NCBI RefSeq assembly: GCF_001194135.2
Contig: NC_068995.1
Span: forward strand, 39,551,785 to 39,592,179
From: Octopus bimaculoides
Lineage: Eukaryota
DNA length: 40,395 bases
Reading direction: 5' to 3'
Shown: piece after piece, positions 1-12,568 of the stretch
Numbering within the stretch: position 1 is the first letter of the stretch
Layout of the letters: the number at the start of each line of letters is the position of its first letter
The notes under the pieces: model-generated
Database searches by the model: none
Seen by the model: only the letters and a program-made list of their open reading frames with translations
Told to the model about the DNA's origin: nothing
Program-made: the position numbers and the translations under genes

Positions 1-896
1 ATATATATATATATATATATATATATAAATGAATATGCATGTATGTATTTGAATGAAGGATTTATTCAGAGAGAGAGAGTGGAAGAGGGGAAATATGTCT
101 CTTACTAACTATATGTTACTCTTTCTCTCTCTGTCTCTGTGTATATATACTTCAATATATACACGCATAAACCTGCATGCATACATGTATACGTATGAAT
201 CTATATGTGTGTGGTGTATGTATTGCACCCATTGTATGCATATATGTATGTATAAGGAGAGAAACAAATGCATATAAAGAGAAATAGCTGGATAGAGATG
301 TATATACGTATGTACCACAATATACTCACAAGCATGCATATGCTTGTAATTGACGTATGTATATATGTATGTCTACCTGTGAATGTAAATTTATATGTTT
401 TTTATTTGTCTGCGCATTTGTACAATACACACATAGCCCTATTTGTCAATCTTGTAAGCTATCACAGAATGAATGCCATTTGCCAGAGAAGCCATTGAAA
501 TATTTGCCAAGAACATTGCAGAAATGGACGGCCATTTTGGCAACATGGGATGAGAACTACACTTGCTTGGCTTCCGGTATGCTGCCATCAAATTGCAAGA
601 GAAATTAATCAAGCGAGCTCAATGTGTACCTTTGCTGTGACGGCCATCAAATTACTTACTCTGTTCACTTTGTGTAACGATGTATTTGCATTCTTCCCTT
701 GCTTTAGACATTCAATACTGCTTCTCTTTGTATGTCCATGTCTGAGTGCAAGTGTATTTGTATGTGAATGAGCATTCGTGTATGAATGCAAGAATTGTTG
801 TGACTGTAAATATGAATGTGGGAATGTTTATTTTATGACCTATCGTGTATATATGAGAGAGTGAGGGAGCGGAAGAGAGAGAAATGCGTACACGCA

Positions 897-946
<50 letters not shown>

Positions 947-2910
947 AGTATATACATACAAATACATATAGATACACAAATAAATGTGTGTGTGTGTATT
1001 ATAAATACCTGTATGTATCGTTAAAAAAGCCTTACAATGCAACATTTATTTTAAACAAATGGGGGAATGCGTGTTATGTACAAGCGCACACACAAATAAA
1101 AAAAACACAGACACACACATAAATTCACATTCACATGTAGACATACATTTTGTTACATAATATTTCGAGTTAGACACTCCTTTTCAAATCGATATGGGTA
1201 ATTGTTATGGAATTGGAGTAGTGTTGAAAATCTTCGTGATTGAAATTAACTGGTTGTGGCATTTATTTAACTGTATATTGCGATAAATAGTAGACCTAAT
1301 TTTTTGATAAAGGCCTTCACAAACCTTAAGCGACCAAAAAATAAAGGACATCATTCATATCTATGATATCAACAGACGCAGTAGAATCTACAATAATTCA
1401 TATTACATAGCTAATTCTTCCTTAAAACACGGGAAGAATAGTTAGAGCCTACATTTGAACATAAAAAAATCCGAACTAATTGTTCAAAATTACACCGGTA
1501 CTGCAAACAGTTCGGTGACTGGCTAAAAATTCGTTATTTTCCACGGACGTATTACCAGTACCGAAAAACAAGTTGTATATCTTATTTATTTTATATATAC
1601 ATATGTGTATGTTACGTGAGATTATTTCTCGGTTTGCAACTTATATTTCATCACAGTATTTATTGAACACATGTAAGTTAGGAAATTTCAAAAGCCAGCA
1701 AATTTCCTGTTATTTGCAGCTTCGCGTATCACAACAATAGAAAGAAAAATGCTTTTGTCTCTTGAGCGTCATATATGTGTAAATGTGTATGTATGTCAAA
1801 TGTGTAAGTGCGGTGGTTCATACACGTTTTTTTCCTGTATATGAGTTAATATTGACTGATGATTACCATTAAGAAGGCTACTAGCTAGAGTGCAAATCTA
1901 TTACAACAGATATTTTATTAACTATAAGGATTCTAATTCTAGCAAAGTATTCAAATCTGTAGTTGCTGCTGCTTCTGTTGTTGTTGTTGTTGTTGCTGTT
2001 GTTAACCTTAGAATAATCTTGGTTTTGCAGGCCTAAGATCAAATTTCATTCACGATCATAACTTCTCGTTTTTTTATATATCTAACATTACAGTATCTAA
2101 TGTTATTCGTTTAAGGTTTATGAACGCGAAATGTGAATACATCCATCGAAAATTTTATTACCGTTAACTGCAGAAAGCACTTTTACCCTCACGGTTTTGC
2201 AAAACCTCTTTTTATGCTGCGAGAAGTGAAGACATATTTTCATCAAACATCTCTTAACATTAGTAAGATTGAAACGTTTTATTGATGGATATGAAGACCG
2301 TACCAACAGGAGATACTGAAAAAGTAATTGCAGAAGCAGAAAATGTCAATTCTATTTTGAGAGCGGTAATTACCTTTATTATAAGAAATACTATGAAAAT
2401 TAATTACGCACTTAAATGCATAGACATCAATGTGTAAGCAGAGTAAAATTGGCTACTATCACTAGCTGAAGAAGCAACCACTCGTATGCTCTTTCATTAG
2501 CTCTTATACACAAACCGATCGTGTTCTTTGACAAAATTCAATTAAATATACTTCAAAGAACAGGAAATTCTAATACTGCATTCAGAAAATAATTCTCATC
2601 TTCTCTGTGGTCAGAAGGAATTACAATTTCTTCTATTGGCTAAAGATCATAAGTTTATTGGTCAGAACATTGAATTTATCTAAACTGATGACTGGAGGCG
2701 AATTTGTCGGCACCTGGACAATAAAACTTAACGTCGACAGTAGCATGATTTTCAATTACCATGTGGAATACTTAGATAAGGAAGCTTACGCTTCTTACAA
2801 TTTTTGCCAAATCTTAACCACCGTTTTCATTGGTAGTTTTTTAATGTGTTGTTGATGTTTAACTAAATTTCATTGGGATAAACGGTTTATGAAACTAGAG
2901 GAACGAATAT

Positions 2911-3066
2911 GGGAGTGTCTGTGTGGTAAGAAGTTTGCTTCTAAACCATGTAGATCTGAGATCAGTTCCATTGCTTGGTACATTGTATGAGATTCTTCCA
3001 CTATAGCTCTGGCATTATCAAAGACTCCTAAGAGGATTTGATAGACAGAAAGTGAAGGAAGGCCTT

Positions 3067-3127
<61 letters not shown>

Positions 3128-3350
3128 GCTTGTGCATATGGGTATGCGTGTGGGTGTAATTGTGTATATATGTGTGTATGTGTGTGTTTGTCACCCACCA
3201 CCGTTTGACAACCGGTGTAAGTTTGTTTACGTCATCGTAACTAACGGAACCGATACGACAGGTAAGTACCGGTGTCGATTCATTCGATTAAAATCGTCCA
3301 AAGCGGTGCTTCACCATAGCCGCAGTCGAATGAGATAAGTAGAAAATGAA
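2911..3350 (+). mobile_element. Degraded tRNA-derived CORE-type SINE (same family as 14981-15429)
   Basis: Colinear with the 14981 copy: gtgtctgtgtggtaagaagtttgctt head, internal (TA)n/(TG)n tract, and 3' block ttgacaaccggtgt...aagcggtgcttcaccatagccgcagtcgaatg; heavily mutated. Confidence 0.7.
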
Positions 3351-4370
3351 AGATATAAATAGTTGCTCTGTAAGGAAATAATAGTAATATATTAGCTCCA
3401 TATTAGATACTGTAAAACCTTTCATTGTTACTGTGAACTCGAGTTCTAATATCACAGCTATTGCTGATTTCGACATTTTCGTTGTCGTTATCGTTGCTGT
3501 AGTTTGGCCTTGAGCTCAGCTCTGAAAAGCATCATGATCAATATTATTCTAATTATCACCACACTGACATTTCTTTTACAAGAAACCTATGACTGCATTT
3601 GATGTATCCTCTTTCTTCCCATATTCAAACGGTTGTGATTTGTAGAGATTTAACAGGCATTTAACAGCAATCCCTTGGAAGCCAAATAACCACGAAGCGG
3701 TTTCCTCATCACTCATTGTCACGAAGCTATTGCCGTCAACTTTTATCTGTGCGCGTGTACTTTACTTTCATTTTGTTGCCTTTTTTATTTGATTTAAGAT
3801 TTCAAAACTGAAAGATATTTGACAGAATATTGTGGAAATATGGCGGTTAACGTTGTCTTTTAATCCCAATGAAAGAACTGGAATCAGCAGCACGAACAGT
3901 AATCTCTTTAAATCGAAGCGAATGTTTAATTACCTCTTTATTTGCCAAAGTACTTTTGCCTTCTATAAAGAACTCTTGGGGAATATAGTACACATGTACT
4001 GGACGCGTGTATATATATGTTTGAATATGAATACATAAAGTTACATACATACACACACACATACATACATACATACATGCATACATGCATACATGCAAAC
4101 ATACATACATACATACATATATACATACATGCAAAAATATCTTGTTGATGTTGAAATTCTAATGTAGGAGACTTTCGCCCGATTCTTTCTCTATTGGTAA
4201 AAAATCTCGAAATAAAATATAATAATGACATACGTAGGTGCGTAGATACATACATATGTATACAACTACATACATACATACATGTGTGTTTATGTATGTG
4301 TATGTGTATATGTATATATATATAGTGTAGTATATTGCCACTTAAGTGTGGCTGACCCCTAGGGGTGGAT

Positions 4371-4583
4371 GTTACTCTTGCTTTTAGCCCCAGGAGGACA
4401 TCTCCTCCAGCTGGCTTATCGACACACGACTGTGTCCTGTTTGCCAAGGGAAGTTATCCCTCTCACCTCGATCTGCAGCAGATCGAGGTGAGAGGGATAA
4501 CTTCCCTTGGCAAACAGGACACAGTCGTGTGTCGATAAGCCAGCTGGAGGAGATGTCCTCCTGGGGCTAAAAGCAACAGTAAC
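4371..4583. repeat. Near-perfect palindrome: 106 bp arms, 1 nt spacer, running into an assembly gap
   Basis: 4371-4476 is the reverse complement of 4478-4583 about centre A4477, with a single mismatch (4377/4577). The right arm ends at the N-run starting at 4584. Confidence 0.95.
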
Positions 4584-4884
4584 NNNNNNNNNNNNNNNNN
4601 NNNNNNNNNNNNNNNNNNNNNNNNNNNNNNNNNNNNNNNNNNNNNNNNNNNNNNNNNNNNNNNNNNNNNNNNNNNNNNNNNNNNNNNNNNNNNNNNNNNN
4701 NNNNNNNNNNNNNNNNNNNNNNNNNNNNNNNNNNNNNNNNNNNNNNNNNNNNNNNNNNNNNNNNNNNNNNNNNNNNNNNNNNNNNNNNNNNNNNNNNNNN
4801 NNNNNNNNNNNNNNNNNNNNNNNNNNNNNNNNNNNNNNNNNNNNNNNNNNNNNNNNNNNNNNNNNNNNNNNNNNNNNNNNNNNN
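4584..4884. other. Assembly gap (N-run). Other gaps: 8824-8833, 10147-10618, 17958-18261, 25822-26613, 33940-33949, 35869-35909, 37738-38120, 39306-39795
   Basis: Runs of N in the sequence; most are flanked by (TA)n, (TG)n or (GA)n microsatellites. Confidence 0.98.
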
Positions 4885-6206
4885 TGTATGTGTGTGTGTG
4901 TGTGTGTATGTGTGTGTGTTTGACGGTGCCGAAATATAGCCTCAGTACAATGAGTAAAACAAACAAAAGAAAAAAGAAAAAATATGGCTGTATATGTGCG
5001 TATACGTAGTATTTGGTGACGCCTGCGATGTAATATTAGACAAAGTGTCCTAAGTTTTCCCAGTTTATTTCCTACAACGACGCCCTGAGCAATACGATCC
5101 AAGTGGCTTAGCTTAGAAACAGAACATTTATTGAACCTGGTCCCCTTAAGCAGGACTAACACTATATAAATGTCTGGCTTTCTAGCTTATCCCCCAAACT
5201 CCATTGCTCAAAATATACTTTACTTAAAATAAAACACAGCTCCCCTCATTGAGTCTCCTCGACAGACTACTGCGTTAGTCCCATTATTCCTAAACACATT
5301 AAGAGAAATAATTGGCACAACTGGATATTGCTAAGGGAATTTTTTTTTAATCGTATTGCTATATTCAGTATTTAAATCAAAATTACAAAAGAACAAGAAA
5401 AAGAACAAATAAAATCCCGGCGGTTTTCATCGGATTATGTGAAGTCTAGAGAGGATTCTTCAGCTGTCAATAATATAACGTTTTTCAGGCAGATACTTCA
5501 TTTGTATTCAACTACGGAACGTTCTACAGAGAAGAATCAAATCCTGTCAAAGTATAAACTGAATCTCGCTCTCCAATCCAACACAGCCAAAATCATTGCG
5601 CAAAAGCTACCTCCAAAAACCTTCCACCACAGCTGCCACCGCCGCCGCCGCCATCACTAATTTTTTTTCTCTTGTTTTTTTGTTGCTAATGTTATAGATG
5701 TGGTTGCTGTTGTTGTTGTTGATGATGTTGTTGCTCATGATATTGGGATTTGATGTATTTTATCACACTTTTGTAGAAAATGTAAAAATGAGGACGTTAG
5801 TGGTAGTGTCGATGATAGAGTCGGATGTTACGCTAAACATGGTGGTAGTTGAAATGTCGGTACATTTAGCGGGAGAATATAGAGCTATTGATGCTAGGTG
5901 TTGTGACAGTGTTGGTGTTAGTGGTGGCGGCGGTGGTATCGGTGTTGGTGTTCGTAGTGGTGTCAGTGGTGGTGGGGATAGTGGTTTTGGTGTTGGTCTG
6001 GTACTGGTGCCGAAGGCAGTTATGGCGATGGAGCATGCAGAAGTCAGGTGATGAATATTGTGACGGCCACTTCAATGTTTTTTTAATGATTATGGTGATT
6101 GAAATCATGATGTCAACGATAAAGATCATGAGACCATTCATGCACAGGTTTTGTGTCTGGGGAACTGATTTTCCCTTTCGTATGTATGTATGTATGTATG
6201 TGTATA

Positions 6207-6584
6207 GGCGCAATGGCCCAGTGGTTAGGGCAGTGGACTCGCGGTCATAGGATCGCGATTTCGATTCCCAGACCGGGCGTTGTGCGTCTTTATTGACCGA
6301 AAGCACCTAAAGCTTCACGAGGCTCCAGCAGGGGATGATGGCGAACCCTGCTGTACTCTTTTACCACAACTTTCTCTCACTCTTACTTCCTGTTTCTGTT
6401 GTGCCTGTAATTCAAAGGGTCTGCCTTGTCACACTGTGTCACACTGAATATCCCCGAGAACTACGTTAAGGGTACACGTGTCTGTGAAGTACTCAGCCAC
6501 TTGCAAGTTAATTTCACAAGTAGGCTGTTCCGTTGATCGGATCAACTGGAACCCTCGACGTCGTAAGCAACGGATTGCCAACAA
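6207..6584 (+). mobile_element. Full-length tRNA-derived SINE (family 2)
   Basis: tRNA-like head ggcgcaatggcccagtggttagg (A box) ... gcgatttcgattccc (B-box-like). Closely similar to 35520-35868 along its length; 3' tail ...ggatcaactggaaccctcgacgtcgtaagcaacggattgccaacaa. Confidence 0.9.
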
Positions 6585-6606
6585 TTTATATATGTATGTA
6601 TGTACA

Positions 6607-7703
6607 GTACCAGTACTAACACTAGTTTTGAGGACATTTTACTGGTCTGGAGGAGAGAAAATCAACGTGATATACATTAAAACCCGCAACATCCAGGGTA
6701 TTAACTGGAAACTTTCACAATAGTGATATCGACAGACTTTACCCAGGAAGAAATGAAGACGATAGAGATAAGTGCAAACAACCTTCGAATGTCGTATAGT
6801 GCCTCTCAGACATCATGAAAAAATAAATACATAAACCAAGTGCTGGAAAGCGAAGGGAACATCCTACGTGTGGACAGTGAGCTTCCCATGAAACACTCTC
6901 TGCTTAATCACATCCTATGCACACCCAGAAAATTTGGACTATCATACCTTAAAGAAAACCTGAAAGTGAAACACTCAGCCTACCAAAAGAATGAGTGTAA
7001 ATGTGTATGATACCAGAAGACTTGGAGACAGAAACACCGAGATGAAGTGCAACCACTTTTGTAATCGTAACTACTACATCACATTACTCTTCGAAAGCTA
7101 TGCATTTGTAGTCCAAGAAAAAAGAGAATGTTACAAAATATTTAATAAACAAAAGAAGGCTATGAAGCAATTGGTGCGCCAGGATGTAACCGAAAATATA
7201 GATTATGATGCATATGTCTTTGGTAGACGTCACTCATGTAATTAGCAGCTACAAAAAAATGTCATTTTGGTATGCAACACGACGTTGTCGCTAAAAAAAT
7301 ATACAATACTATTCGAAAACAAGGCTGTCATAGGATAAGTATAGAGAGCCCCGTTCTTGCTGAATAAATACATAAACAACTCAAAGAGTATTGGTACACC
7401 ATTCCCATCAAAACTTTTGTCAAGTGAAAATATAACATGTCCGATAATGTTATTTAGAACATGAAAATGTATATATTCATATACGTCAGCTGCACTGCTG
7501 ATGTGAATATCTCTTCGAAAATCAAAAAGAGCGATGATAACTGCGGACAACTGCTTCGAAATCTGTAGCCTTTATACCAAGATAAACACTTCAGATCTAT
7601 ACCAATTATAATCAGTGTAATTGGTTTTGTCAGTAAATTCCTAAGCGACAAACTAGATAAGCTGGCGTTTTCAGACTCGCACATCAAAAATACAACCAGT
7701 AAG
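6607..7703 (+). pseudogene. Decayed 5'-truncated non-LTR retrotransposon of the restriction-like-endonuclease type (R4/Dong-like): RT C-terminus, zinc-knuckle remnant and endonuclease region
   Basis: Manual translation across frameshifts and stops gives VPVLT..W..EKINVIYIKTR, then TGNFHNSDIDRLY (6704-6742, matching the SDIDRLYLPRxxGGRGL motif), VDVTHVISSYKKMS (~7223-7264), MQHDVVAKKIYN (RHD motif region), EYWYTIPIKT..KYNMSDNVI (HNKPD-like) and YVSCTADVNISSKIKKSDDNCGQLLRNL*PLYQDKHFRSIPIII. This order matches R4/Dong-clade ORFs as I recall them; no database search was run. Confidence 0.8.
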
Positions 7704-7813
7704 TAGAGCAGTAAAAATAAGCAAGACTTTTGTCAAGTTCAAAATATGAATTTGTTTTTATCCACTTTCCAAAGTTAGAGGTTCTTAACATAGCGCCGTC
7801 GTCGTCGTCGTCG

Positions 7814-7844
<31 letters not shown>

Positions 7845-8340
7845 TCATGTCCACATCTGCCGCGTCACCAATACATAGTTGTTATTAATTTTAGTATTTT
7901 CTTCATCAAATTTTGAAAGTAATATATCAACTACCTATTTCAGTGTTACTGTGCACGCATCTATGTATGCAAATATTTATGTATATATATATGTATGTAT
8001 GTACATTTATATATACGGATGTGAATATGTGTGTGCATTTGTATATATAGATGCATATATGTGTGTGCATTTGTATGTGCGCTGTGTGACTGTATGTCTG
8101 TATATCTATGTTTATATTAACAATTGAATGCTGCGTACTTTCCAATTTCCGGAATCTATAGAAATGCCCATTAAGCATTGCCAAAATATTCAAAGACTAT
8201 GACTTGCCATACTGAACAGTTCCAAGTAAAAAGAAATGTCTACGATGAAGAATTTGGTTTTCTAAAGAAAATATCTGTTTATCAGCATATCCGTCTATTT
8301 TTGACAACGCAAAAAATACAAGCGATGCTAAACAACTCGA

Positions 8341-8343
<3 letters not shown>

Positions 8344-8382
<39 letters not shown>
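8344..8382. repeat. Poly(T) tract, about 39 nt
   Basis: Direct reading of the sequence. Confidence 0.95.
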
Positions 8383-8383
<1 letters not shown>

Positions 8384-8634
8384 GTATATAGCATATTGTG
8401 CAGAATCCTCTACTGCCCTAATCTTGAGTAGACTCAAGATTTGTATTCAAAATTTGGTAGTCAGAAACTGTGAGGAATTCACACAGATCTACTATGCTAC
8501 TATTCAGAGGAAAACTCAATCTGTCGCCCTACTATCACTCTGTTACAAACACTCGAACAACAACTTCTCTGGTCTGAGGAGAACTCCACATTTTTTAACG
8601 CTGGTAACTTCGATGGAATCCTGAAGAAAAGATG

Positions 8635-8716
8635 TTAGATTTGAATCAGAACGTAAAGTCGGTAAAAATGCCGCTAAGCATTTTGTCCAGTGCAGTAACT
8701 ATTCAGCCAGCTCGCC
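8635..8716 (-). mobile_element. 5' fragment of Nin/Deu-domain SINE
   Basis: atttgaatcagaacgtaaag...aatgccgctaagcattttgtcc...ccagctcgcc matches the head of the 24365-24583 copy. Confidence 0.65.

Positions 8717-8717
<1 letters not shown>

Positions 8718-8796
<79 letters not shown>
8718..8796. repeat. (AAT)n microsatellite
   Basis: Perfect AAT array. Confidence 0.95.
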
Positions 8797-8798
<2 letters not shown>

Positions 8799-9189
8799 CA
8801 GCGAAACGGGCTGATTACTAACTNNNNNNNNNNACAAATGCAAAACAAAAGTCAAACATAAAATAATAATAATAAAAAAAATGGAGCAATAGGCATAATA
8901 AAAAAACACGAACAAAAACCTAGAAGCTATACCTGGATTCTCAACACTGCACACCATCCAAACTATATCCCTGGTACGTGGCATTGAAAAGTCACGATAA
9001 TAACGAAACATTGAAGTCTGTCTATCCGAGAAGGGACCTGACGTGAGTTGTCTCGCTTGCCTACGACTTTATTTCCAAGTGTTTTTGACACCAAGCGCTT
9101 TGAGAATATAGTCTCTTGCGACTAAAACGCTACCGACCCACGAAATAACAACACACACCTTGTGTATGCGTGCTCGAATTTGTTTAATA

Positions 9190-9324
9190 ATAATGATGAT
9201 AATGAGGAGGAGGGGAGGAGGGGGGAGGACGAGGACGAGGACGAGGACGAGGAGGACGAGGAGGAGGAGGACGACGACGAGGAGGACGAGATGGAGGAGG
9301 ACGACGACGAGGAGGACGAGGAGG

Positions 9325-9358
<34 letters not shown>

Positions 9359-9372
9359 CGACGATGATGATA
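9190..9372. repeat. Compound trinucleotide repeat (GAG/GAC)n grading into (GAT)n
   Basis: Direct reading; it produces the D/E-rich ORF 9162-9407. Confidence 0.9.
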
Positions 9373-10089
9373 TTGTAAACAGCGCCCATAAGCACGAGAA
9401 TTCGTAAGAATTAATCAGTCCCTGAACGAATGAAACAACTGAGGACTGAAAGAAAGAAACATCGAAAAGGTGAATGAATGAATGGATTGATTGGTCAAAT
9501 AATGAAGGACTGAATCTAAAGAAAAAAAGGAAGGAGGGAATCAATCAAAGAAAGAATATATATAAAAAAGGAATGAGGAAATAAGGAGTTAATAAACGAA
9601 TCTATCACCCAATCAAAAAATGAAAGCATGAAGAAATGAAAGAATGACAATGAATAACTGAAAGTAGAAAGGAAGGAATGAGGGTTTGAAAGAATGCGAG
9701 AATTCGAGGAAAGATTTTCAGAGAAAGCAAAAAGAAAAATAATAATAATAGAGAAAGAAGAAAGCAAGAAAAGAATGCAGTAGATAAAGGGAAGTATTCT
9801 TTATTCGTTTAAACAAAGGAAGAATGAATGAAAGCCAAGAAGGGAACATTTAGAATAGCTAGAATGAAAGAAGAAACAAAGAAGGAAATGGTAACGAAAA
9901 AAAAAAAAAAGGAAATGGAAAATAAAGGCAACAGAAAAAAAGGAATAACTAAAATATAATAGAAATGGTGAAAAAATAACTTGAAATTAAACGAAAAATA
10001 GAATTGACAAACATGAAGTGAGAGCTGGGGTAGACAGACAGACAGACAGACAGATCGATCGATAGATAGATAGATAAATAGATAGACTG

Positions 10090-10146
<57 letters not shown>

Positions 10147-11357
10147 NNNNNNNNNNNNNNNNNNNNNNNNNNNNNNNNNNNNNNNNNNNNNNNNNNNNNN
10201 NNNNNNNNNNNNNNNNNNNNNNNNNNNNNNNNNNNNNNNNNNNNNNNNNNNNNNNNNNNNNNNNNNNNNNNNNNNNNNNNNNNNNNNNNNNNNNNNNNNN
10301 NNNNNNNNNNNNNNNNNNNNNNNNNNNNNNNNNNNNNNNNNNNNNNNNNNNNNNNNNNNNNNNNNNNNNNNNNNNNNNNNNNNNNNNNNNNNNNNNNNNN
10401 NNNNNNNNNNNNNNNNNNNNNNNNNNNNNNNNNNNNNNNNNNNNNNNNNNNNNNNNNNNNNNNNNNNNNNNNNNNNNNNNNNNNNNNNNNNNNNNNNNNN
10501 NNNNNNNNNNNNNNNNNNNNNNNNNNNNNNNNNNNNNNNNNNNNNNNNNNNNNNNNNNNNNNNNNNNNNNNNNNNNNNNNNNNNNNNNNNNNNNNNNNNN
10601 NNNNNNNNNNNNNNNNNNGTGTATCCATGTAGGAGAAAGAGAGAAAGTGTGTGTGTGTGAGAGAGAGAGAGAGGGGGAGTATACGCTCACGCGATTAAAA
10701 CCAGTTATAGATCAAAGAGAAAGCTACAACAAAATACAAGTTGTGCGTGCGATGGTGAAAAGAATTTCAATAACAAATGTAGAATTTCTTCTAAAATCGT
10801 AAATTTAAAACTAGTAGTGTTCGTTTCGTCTATTGAAAACAGAAAAGAAAAAGAATAATGTATCTGCTAGACGAGTTAAAGAAATCAACCATTCATATCG
10901 AATTCCCTGGGAAGTTGGTTATAAAACTGAAGTATTGTGCAAATCAGTTTCCTTTTCATGATTTCCTTAACTAATTCTAGGAAGTAGAACAACACTCATT
11001 AGCAATTTCAGATCCTCTGAGGCTTTCTGAAGCCATCTTGACAAGGTTGATGAGTTTAACGTTTATTGAGTTACTACAAGTTGCTGCAGAGGTTAAGTTA
11101 AGAATGTGGAGAAAGATCAACTTGTCTGGAATAAGATCTGAAAAAGGCACATAGTCTAAGTCCATCAGAGCGTCTGGACCCAATACAGAAGTGTATTGGC
11201 CATGGACACAACAAGGCAGTGATCCAAATTGTTGATATTCGACTAGTAGAGAGATTATCTCGTTAGGGATTAAGTTATTTTTATATTAGCATGAAGAGTG
11301 GTGAATTGGGAGAATTCTCAGGTATTTGGAGGAACTGTTAGATTATTAGGTAGGTAG

Positions 11358-11503
11358 ATAGGTAGGCAGGTAGGTAATAGATAGATAGATACATACATAC
11401 ATACATACATACATACATACATACAAACATACATACATGGATGGATGGCTACACAGACAGGCAGGCATACAGCCAAACAAACAGATTGACAGATAGATGG
11501 ATG

Positions 11504-11546
<43 letters not shown>

Positions 11547-11566
11547 GGATAGATAGATAGATAGAT
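11358..11566. repeat. Compound tetranucleotide microsatellite (ATAC)n/(ATAG)n
   Basis: Direct reading. Confidence 0.9.
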
Positions 11567-12568
11567 AAGGTTTGTCCTTCATGTCTCTGAAGTTGACTAG
11601 ATTTGTAACTTTCATCTTTGCACATTCTGAGGTCTTATTGGCAAAAATACACGGTTACTTTTGGGAGTACGTAGTAGCAAACGGGATCTAGTGGGACTCG
11701 TACTTTCTGTTCAGCACTCTCCTCTTTAGTTTCTCTGATCATTTCTGATTCTAAGCTATATACTCTAGGTTACACATACAAGTCTAGAAGTGGCGTCGAT
11801 TAAAACCCCTTCCCTCAAAACTGTTGTCCTTGTGCCTAAATCAAAACCCATCAATATCTTAGAAACAATCAATTTATCCCCAGTTTAAAACATGCCGTCA
11901 TAACGAGAGTTAATTTTCCTGCAAGCTCAAGAACCTACTTCGATCTTCTCTGTTATTTAAGTTACTAATCGCCATAGGAGACACAGGTGAATCGCAGATT
12001 TCCATTTCTAAAAATTTCATCAATGAATAAATAAAATAAAATAACTGGTCATTCTTCCCACGGAATATTGCAGCCAAATTTCTCTCAAGTCACTTACTAT
12101 CCGATATTTAACTGTCTGTTGCATGACTAACAGTCACACAAGTTGCAGACTCACATCCTATTCAATTTTCCACACGTTTATATATCTCATATGTTTCTCT
12201 CTTGATAATACTCTCTGTCTCTTTCTCTTTTCGCGTCTCACAGCTCAGCTTCTCTTTCTGCTTCCAACATGACTGAAAGTGAGAAACTAACCAACGAGAC
12301 AAAAGAAAAATGAATTTGACGCGTGACTTCGTGTTATGCCTGTTAAGATGTGTGTTTATATATCATTCCATCACTATTTAATGGATTTTGGTTGGTACCA
12401 GACTTATACTTGAGATAATTTAATTGAATAACCCCCTCCTCTTCCACATATATAACTTCGTGTCAATATATGAAATATATGTTTGTTTGTTTTTTTCAGA
12501 TTCAAAGAAAGACACAAAATACCATACATTATAGAGGTTCGTGACTTTATATTCTCACGCCAGTGAAG

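Noticed and set aside
469-575. Possible exon ECHLPEKPLKYLPRTLQKWTAILATWDENYTCLAS ending at CCG|GTATGC
   Set aside because: Weak acceptor, unrecognised peptide, and a length expected by chance.
4350-4403. HDV-like double pseudoknot suggested by two interleaved stems
   Set aside because: No P3/L3/P1.1 elements and no catalytic C followed by the J4/2 motif on either strand.
5478-5545. Possible exon ADTSFVFNYGTFYREESNPVK after ttttcAG
   Set aside because: Poor donor, no recognisable homology and too short to support.
6207-6280. tRNA gene (also 35520-35590 and 14981-15050)
   Set aside because: These are tRNA-derived SINE heads that continue directly into SINE bodies, not free tRNA genes.
12244-12310. 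Pyrimidine-rich acceptor followed by CCAACATG (MTESEKLTNETKEK*)
   Set aside because: Only 14 codons; the pyrimidine tract is part of a CT-rich low-complexity run.
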